Positions 58,801 through 64,000 of a stretch of DNA of 64,000 nt are shown here, one piece after another. The notes under the pieces are model-generated. The model was given only the letters and a program-made list of their open reading frames with translations. It was not told the origin of the DNA and made no database searches. Both the position numbers and the translations under genes were made by a program. Source of the DNA: an uncultured bacterium (GTDB lineage Bacteria; Babelota; Babeliae; Babelales; Babelaceae); assembly GCA_963848965.1 (NCBI GenBank), contig CAWKFG010000004.1, positions 64,001-128,000 on the forward strand. Reading direction: 5' to 3'. Every line of letters begins with the position of its first letter. The first letter of the stretch is position 1.

Positions 58801-60305
58801 ATGCCGTGCACAATGGTAAAGAAGGCCCTGTAATAACAATGAATAGGTATCTTGATCAGCTTTTTTTTACTATACCAGCGTATTTCTCAAATATAGTTGC
58901 TTTCTGTAGACAGGGCATCGAGGAGGCCCATCTTCAGCGCCATCGGCCTCATACCACATTTGACATGGCTCTTAAATTACATGATTTCTTACCATTAATT
59001 GTACACTTTTACCTAGAAAGTAAATTTGAGGATATGAAAAAACTTATTACGATAATAAAACCGAAAGTAGATACTATTATCGTAGGCTATAACAACGGCA
59101 CTTCGTTACTCTTACATGCAATACTTCAGGGCGTAGATAATAACCTTATTACATTCTTGCTTAATTATACAGAAAACATAAATCATACAGACAACAAGGG
59201 CAATACTCCTCTTTTAGCTGCGTGTCTTCAAAATAAGCCTAATGCAGAGCTTGTACAACTTCTTATAGACCATAAAGCAGATGTTAATGCTTATAGTACC
59301 GAAGGGGCTTCTCCTTTGATGGCTGCCATCAGAAAAGGTCATTATGATATTGCAAAAATGCTTATTAAGGCTGGCGCTTCTGTCAATAAAAAGGAATATA
59401 TATCGACAGCGCCACTTCCTCTTGCTTGTGAATCTGGCAACATAGATATGGTAAAACTTCTTCTTGAGCATAACATTGATGTAAATCAAGCACCCCAAAG
59501 AGGAGACAGCGCTCTTATAAAGGTTTGCGCTACAAAAGATGCACAAATAGCACGACTTCTTATTGCACATAATGCTGATGTCAATAAACAAAATTCCACA
59601 GGTCTTACAGCACTAGCAATTGCAAGTAACAAGGGCTCTCTTACACTAGTAAAAATGCTGCTTGATGCAGGTGCAGACCCTAATATACAAAACCATTACG
59701 GAGAAACTGCGCTTGCTGCTGCTATAACACACATAAGACCAGAAACAGTAAATATAATTAAGCTTTTGCTTGAACATGGAGCTAATCCTAATAAAGAAGG
59801 TACTTTAGGGCATACTCCGCTTTTTGCAGCAGTACGCAATAATTGTGCTCAAGCCGCGCAGCTTCTACTTAATGCTAAAGCAGATGTTAATCATCAAGAT
59901 AAAGAAGGCTCTACTGCTCTTTTGGAAGCATGTAATATGGGTCATAAAGAACTCGTAAAAGTTCTTCTTGAACATAATGCTGACGTTAATACTGTATCTT
60001 ATGTTCAACGAATATCTCCTCTTATAGCAGCTTGTTCACCTGGAGGCTCATTTGTTCAACCTAATGAACAAAGTCAGGCAGGCAATTATAGCATTACAGA
60101 ACCCTTGAAAGAGAGTGCTAGCACTAAACAGAACAAAAAAGAGATTATAGAGATGCTTCTTGCTGTACCAGGAATTAATGTAGCATACGAAATGAGACCT
60201 GGATCTGGATATAATGCTCTTAAATTAGCACAAATGTGGAGTAATAAAGATGCAGTTAAACTCATAAAAGCTTATATGAGTAAAGCACAACAGCAAAAGA
60301 AATAG
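55896..60305 (+). CDS. Secreted EndoU-like nuclease domain + ankyrin-repeat protein
   Basis: N-terminal KHI...SGFH...KSFFPSSWT...ILTIYP, then three blocks of ankyrin repeats separated by coiled coils. Confidence 0.85.
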   Translation: MTMQRFFYHFVICLYVSFTSSFLFSMQAPETSIFDALIPLTIESYHHIVPLKDVLKHITTYQKVSLNGIDKISGFHYYGHLNPYIEHMFDGTLIKINSRFWIFTYDDIKQFHTGYIIYQGKVYQQPKSFFPSSWTLSQVATYIQELAQEGVCQSKRAQETEHTYSLIIKPSSTDTLQIPLKVALHASLPAHILTIYPILKETKRVVLSNLETLAVQQKAAYSIAKSTAPKSTSNLLEALLTPSHSLFSVLALLEESDIHAKNEKGQTPLMLAAQAGNCDLITLLLEQEATIEVQDILGNTALHYAIDSGIYEAVLGLARQVIINKANNQGVTPLIRALQRKQYDIAELLLYLGAEVTSTDTSGYTPLIHAVTHHHLTRQETQACIPFIEALIKKGGTINAQDNDGSTALMHAIAHHNTILAKYLLQNQADYRTVKNQREETAYTLAVNTHFQEIISLIDQKENERKMVAERKEQQKKQRESLQAIKSEIIKDMLSSSSLKLLPSIDQELLNKMFLFAVKENKGKVIEQLLVKLKDFLKPETYHEALSLTFTHNVSIFSTLIQHMSLKKELAEEWFLKLLEAHYKEQKCNYSTLLAFLSTNHPSVLTKALQAQDYHNYLLKFVEQRIVPFSHTQAGEFLLEAVRHNAGSLIEKLLAVYPSVLPYKNGKGQNALMIAAQADHPSLITALYRKGLQLHEQDNSGKTAINYAPAGSSALKEIQTLCTQEEREEQEKQKVRLLQERKSKIEELQRQGYSSLMIAAYYNDVDTIERDKITNINSTTSKGITAVMVAIERNNREALDALFAKPGLLINAQDKTGMTALMYAVKNNNASLVEKLFAQGASAFIRNQTGKQVFTLTKSISSSVQKLLETYGAQELMAHLAPVFDATEEAIVVMLDEIDKKVHFNQLSCKLKAHIASLLIQKNDSKVLKYFLRKAALTIDDLIHNMPFNPLVYAADRLDRAMLSVFLTHAVHNGKEGPVITMNRYLDQLFFTIPAYFSNIVAFCRQGIEEAHLQRHRPHTTFDMALKLHDFLPLIVHFYLESKFEDMKKLITIIKPKVDTIIVGYNNGTSLLLHAILQGVDNNLITFLLNYTENINHTDNKGNTPLLAACLQNKPNAELVQLLIDHKADVNAYSTEGASPLMAAIRKGHYDIAKMLIKAGASVNKKEYISTAPLPLACESGNIDMVKLLLEHNIDVNQAPQRGDSALIKVCATKDAQIARLLIAHNADVNKQNSTGLTALAIASNKGSLTLVKMLLDAGADPNIQNHYGETALAAAITHIRPETVNIIKLLLEHGANPNKEGTLGHTPLFAAVRNNCAQAAQLLLNAKADVNHQDKEGSTALLEACNMGHKELVKVLLEHNADVNTVSYVQRISPLIAACSPGGSFVQPNEQSQAGNYSITEPLKESASTKQNKKEIIEMLLAVPGINVAYEMRPGSGYNALKLAQMWSNKDAVKLIKAYMSKAQQQKK

Positions 60306-60306
60306 C

Positions 60307-61506
60307 TCAAAGCAACCTTTGAGCATTATCTTGTAGCTTTTTCAGTACATATAGTACTTGTTTTCGCTCTTCTTCTGTAACGTTTTGAAGTACTTTGTTC
60401 TCTACAACTTCATGAATAGGCCAGAGATGGCTAAGCATTTGTTCACCTTGCACAGTTATTTCAAGCACATCCTGCTGTTGAGTTACATAACCAGAGCCTA
60501 TAAGAGGTTCTGCAACTTTGTTCATATGCTCTCGTGTAGTACCAAACTCTTTACTTAATGTAGTTATGCTCTCTTTTCGATCACACGTAAGCATCATAAG
60601 TACTATAAGTTGTGTACTAGTAAGTGGAGAAACTTTCTTTAAATGATGGTCAAAGACACTTCTTACTAAATGAAGCGTTACTCCAAGCTCTCGCATAAAT
60701 GCACTTTGAATGTAGTGAGTAAGCATAGTGAGCACATGCTTTAATTTTAACTCATAGAGGCTAATGCCTGTAAATACTCCAACATTGAGCGATTCTACAA
60801 GGCCTCCCATAGGAACCTGAATAGTCATATCAGCTTCATTCATGAGTTCTGGAGAAACTCCTTCAGTTTCATTGCCTACGACAAGTGCAAGCGGTCTTTG
60901 AGGGAGTATACATTGTGATTGAATTGTTGGAGCTTCGGGACTTGTGGCAACTATATAAAAATTCTGAGCGCGCAGATACGCTACAGCCTCTTGAACAGAA
61001 TCACAAAGCGTAAATTTCATTTTAAATACATAGGCTCGCGAAGCCTCAATAACTTTTTTATAATAAGGATCAAAATCTTTATGAGTTGTCACAATATCAT
61101 AGATATTAAAAGCTGCAGCTGTTCGCATAATAGTTCCAATATTACCATGATCAAGTACCCTATCTAGCAATAGAGCAAAAGGACCCATAGTTCCATAAGT
61201 ATTAATATTTGTTATCGATGCCACTGCTATACACGATACAAGATAGGAAGTATCACTCACCTTTTTAAGTATACCTTCTGTTACTGCATGACAAGGAATG
61301 TTTTCTTGCATAAGCTCTGCAATAAAGGGAGACTCTCCTTCTTGAGGAGCATACAACACGTAATCAAAATGAGCACCTGCAATCCTTGCAAGCTCAATTA
61401 TACGAGCTTCTAATAGTAAAACTTTTTTATGAAGCATTCTTCCAGCTCCCGAAGAAAGCTCACGAGCAAGCACAATAAGAGGATGTTTAATCGAATCAAT
61501 AATCAT
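60307..61506 (-). CDS. TrmH/SpoU RNA methyltransferase fused to a MarR-like wHTH
   Basis: DHGNIGTIMRTA, VGNETEGVS, VESLNVGV; C-terminal LTSTQLIVL...ITTLSKEF...ITVQG. Confidence 0.85.
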   Translation of the reverse strand: MIIDSIKHPLIVLARELSSGAGRMLHKKVLLLEARIIELARIAGAHFDYVLYAPQEGESPFIAELMQENIPCHAVTEGILKKVSDTSYLVSCIAVASITNINTYGTMGPFALLLDRVLDHGNIGTIMRTAAAFNIYDIVTTHKDFDPYYKKVIEASRAYVFKMKFTLCDSVQEAVAYLRAQNFYIVATSPEAPTIQSQCILPQRPLALVVGNETEGVSPELMNEADMTIQVPMGGLVESLNVGVFTGISLYELKLKHVLTMLTHYIQSAFMRELGVTLHLVRSVFDHHLKKVSPLTSTQLIVLMMLTCDRKESITTLSKEFGTTREHMNKVAEPLIGSGYVTQQQDVLEITVQGEQMLSHLWPIHEVVENKVLQNVTEEERKQVLYVLKKLQDNAQRLL

Positions 61507-61671
61507 AGAATTACTCAGCTAAGATACTTTATCCAGTATACGTTTTATTATTCATACTAGTTTTATCATAGAAAATCTAACTAATCTAGAAGCATTGCTT
61601 ACGTACCCCAGTTTGAAGTTATACAGAAATCTAGGGTCCTGGGCTCATGCAATTGCACTTACTATGGCACA

Positions 61672-63819
61672 TTACTCAAGCTCTTTAAGTACCCATTGCG
61701 GCAGTTTAACAGTATAGCGCTCAATAAGCTCACGTAATAGAGGCTTATTAAAACTCATAAAAAGTTTTAGCAAAGAATACAAACAGGAGGTATTGAGTGT
61801 TTCCTGCTGAGATTTTTGGACATACTCTTCTTTAGTTAAAGAAGAAAGATCAAGAAAGTTACCTTCTAGAGAAATACAATGCAAGTAAATCAATACTGTC
61901 ATTTGTTGCCATGATGCTGGTTTAAATCCTCTTGGTATATAATGGAAGTGAACTTTATTTTTATCGGAGAGAACATAGAGAATGGAATGTTGGTTAGAAT
62001 AAACCTTTATACGTCGCACCGTACTTTCAAATGAATGAGGAGTTGGATCTAGTATACCTATTGTTGGATGACCATCTATAGTATACAACGTAGCATCAAG
62101 TTCTTCTGAATCTTTATGTTTCATCCATTTCCCCATAAAATGCGGCTCTAATAATAAAAAATAGGTACCATCTGCAGTCAAAAGCGGAGGATATTTAGAC
62201 GTAATACATTCACCATTAGGTTTTGTTATACACTTTATCTTATTACCATTGAACGCATAAAGACTATCTACTTTATAATCATCAGATACTGTATGAGACA
62301 ATAAAAAGTAAGGGCTATCTGCAGTACACGATGCAAAACATTGCTCAAAATATGCTATCTGTTTGCTTGTAAGAATATCCCAGAGAGCAACACAACAGCT
62401 GCCATGCGTATCTCTTAGATCTGAGTTTGAAGTACCAAAAAGGAGTTTTGTTCCACAAGGGCTCAAAACAATACCTAAATGATTCTCGTAAATATAATAT
62501 GGTATCTTATGCTCTAGAAAACATAGTTGCTTTTCTTGTTTTACATCCCAGACTTCTATGTGTTCAGGAAACATGACAGCAAGAATATTATGGCGCCTAT
62601 TAAAGTCATAATAACAACGTATTGTATTTGCTTGCTCTTTTTCAGATAACGTAAAATTAAACACACGTACTGCTTCACCTGTTGGTACAGTGATTACACA
62701 AGCATTATGAGGATTAACAGCAAGTAACGCGATATTTGAGAGAAAGTAAGCACAATGGTATGAATTATTTTCAATAACGAGCAGTTGTTTTCCTGTACTT
62801 GTATTCCATACTACAAGACGTCCATCTTCTGTTGCATAATTATATGTTGCAGGTTGAAGAATAACTAGTGCTTGAGAACTCTCGAAACAAAGATCACTAT
62901 GTCTAACAAATGCCCTTTTTGCATGTAGCTGCTGAAATAAGACTGCCTGTTTCTTACCCTTCAGGTCACAGGTAATATAGCGCCATACATTTTCCGCGCG
63001 CCGTACGTTTTCTGATTGCTGAACTGTTTCAACCGCTGCTAAAAAAGTGGTATCTGCTAACATCCCCTCTTCTAGTCTTACCTCATCATATTTTTTGTCT
63101 TTGTAACAATCTAAAGAGAGAGTATGCGTTGGATTCCTCAACTGGAATGTATTGTGCGATATTATCTGTAAAGAAGAATTATAGAGATAAAAGAGAGAAG
63201 CAATCTTGCGAGAAAGCTCTTCTGATATAGCAAAACCATTAGGTATCTTGAGAAAATCTTTGTCTGTTAAATTTTTTGCTATATATCTACACAAGGCTTC
63301 TACCAATAAAGGGACATCAAAAAAATCAGCTGCTATTAATAATGGCAGAGCAAGCTCCTGAAATTGCTTTTGCGCTAAGCGCTGATAGAGTTCTACTATT
63401 TTTTTATTAAGACACTTACCTTTTATTGCAGTACCCTCTAATTTGTTAACAAGCATAGTAACAAGAGATTCAAATTCGTCTACTATAAGAGCTGGCAAAG
63501 ACTCTATAGGCACCTGTTTATACAGCTGGGCAACTGAAAAAACTAAGCGAAAAAGAGTTCCAAAAACAGTACTATTAACAGAAGGAAGCTTAATACGAGA
63601 TTCTTGAGCCTCTTTAAATCCACCAAGCACAAGATGCTTAATTGTCTTAGAAAAGATACTCAATATACGTAATGCTCTTTTATTTAAAGTTACATGTTTA
63701 TCATCACTACAAACAAAAGTAATACCCTCTTCTGTAGATAGTTCTGATGCGTTCATACCAAAGAGAGGTAAAAACACAGAATAGGCATAAACACATAAAA
63801 GTAACTTTAGTCTTTTCAC
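61672..63819 (-). CDS. Secreted SKP1/BTB-like + beta-propeller (WD40-like) protein
   Basis: ITFVCSDDKHV, SKTIKHLV...FKEAQESRIKLPSVNS, LLIAADFFDVPLL; VVWNTSTG, EVWDV, SPCG...LWDI. Confidence 0.8.
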   Translation of the reverse strand: MKRLKLLLCVYAYSVFLPLFGMNASELSTEEGITFVCSDDKHVTLNKRALRILSIFSKTIKHLVLGGFKEAQESRIKLPSVNSTVFGTLFRLVFSVAQLYKQVPIESLPALIVDEFESLVTMLVNKLEGTAIKGKCLNKKIVELYQRLAQKQFQELALPLLIAADFFDVPLLVEALCRYIAKNLTDKDFLKIPNGFAISEELSRKIASLFYLYNSSLQIISHNTFQLRNPTHTLSLDCYKDKKYDEVRLEEGMLADTTFLAAVETVQQSENVRRAENVWRYITCDLKGKKQAVLFQQLHAKRAFVRHSDLCFESSQALVILQPATYNYATEDGRLVVWNTSTGKQLLVIENNSYHCAYFLSNIALLAVNPHNACVITVPTGEAVRVFNFTLSEKEQANTIRCYYDFNRRHNILAVMFPEHIEVWDVKQEKQLCFLEHKIPYYIYENHLGIVLSPCGTKLLFGTSNSDLRDTHGSCCVALWDILTSKQIAYFEQCFASCTADSPYFLLSHTVSDDYKVDSLYAFNGNKIKCITKPNGECITSKYPPLLTADGTYFLLLEPHFMGKWMKHKDSEELDATLYTIDGHPTIGILDPTPHSFESTVRRIKVYSNQHSILYVLSDKNKVHFHYIPRGFKPASWQQMTVLIYLHCISLEGNFLDLSSLTKEEYVQKSQQETLNTSCLYSLLKLFMSFNKPLLRELIERYTVKLPQWVLKELE

Positions 63820-63899
63820 AGAGCCCCACTCATATAAAATATTATTAATTAGTTTACAAAATATAATAAAAAAATAAAGTATTAAAGGTTATTATGACT

Positions 63900-63943
63900 T
63901 ATAAATAAGAAACAACTTCTATAAATAAGAAACAACTTCTATA
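63900..63943. repeat. 20-bp tandem duplication
   Basis: TATAAATAAGAAACAACTTC x2 plus TATA. Confidence 0.85.
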
Positions 63944-64000
63944 GAGGTAAAGCTTTGTATAGTGAAAATAAGATCCTCTATATGGATATAGAGCAAACAT

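Noticed and set aside
63900..63943. CRISPR array or iterons
   Set aside because: Only two adjacent 20-bp units, no spacers, no cas or rep genes
1..64000. tRNA, rRNA, CRISPR or prophage
   Set aside because: None recognised by eye; tRNAscan-SE and Infernal would be needed to exclude RNA genes formally

Overview
AT-rich bacterial window. The housekeeping genes (lepA, grpE, ssb, mnmA, argS, mutS) are interspersed with many signal-peptide-bearing, eukaryote-like proteins (ankyrin, F-box-like, SKP1/BTB-like, LRR, WD40-like). This profile fits an intracellular protist parasite such as Candidatus Dependentiae/Babelota (TM6); the taxon is my inference. The main discovery is a multi-precursor lasso-peptide system at about 18.9-35.8 kb. 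One fused RRE-leader peptidase (28680..29429) and one lasso cyclase (29439..31241) are surrounded by 8 open precursor ORFs and 4 decayed precursor pseudogenes, which I translated by hand; only one of them appears in the ORF track. All 8 share a (I/L/V)G-x-A-x-x-(L/I)-T-x|G leader end and a Gly1...Glu8/Glu9 core, but the core sequences are highly diverse. The locus shows a segmental duplication, an IS5 insertion, a TnpB remnant and two secreted MutS-ATPase/ankyrin paralogs. Other notable items are an EndoU-like nuclease-ankyrin fusion, ankyrin proteins with C-terminal F-box-like motifs, a secreted sulfotransferase-GT32-sulfotransferase cassette, a GUF1-like LepA, and a recurrent Met directly after the predicted signal peptide. 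Family assignments rest on motifs recognised by eye; no searches were run.
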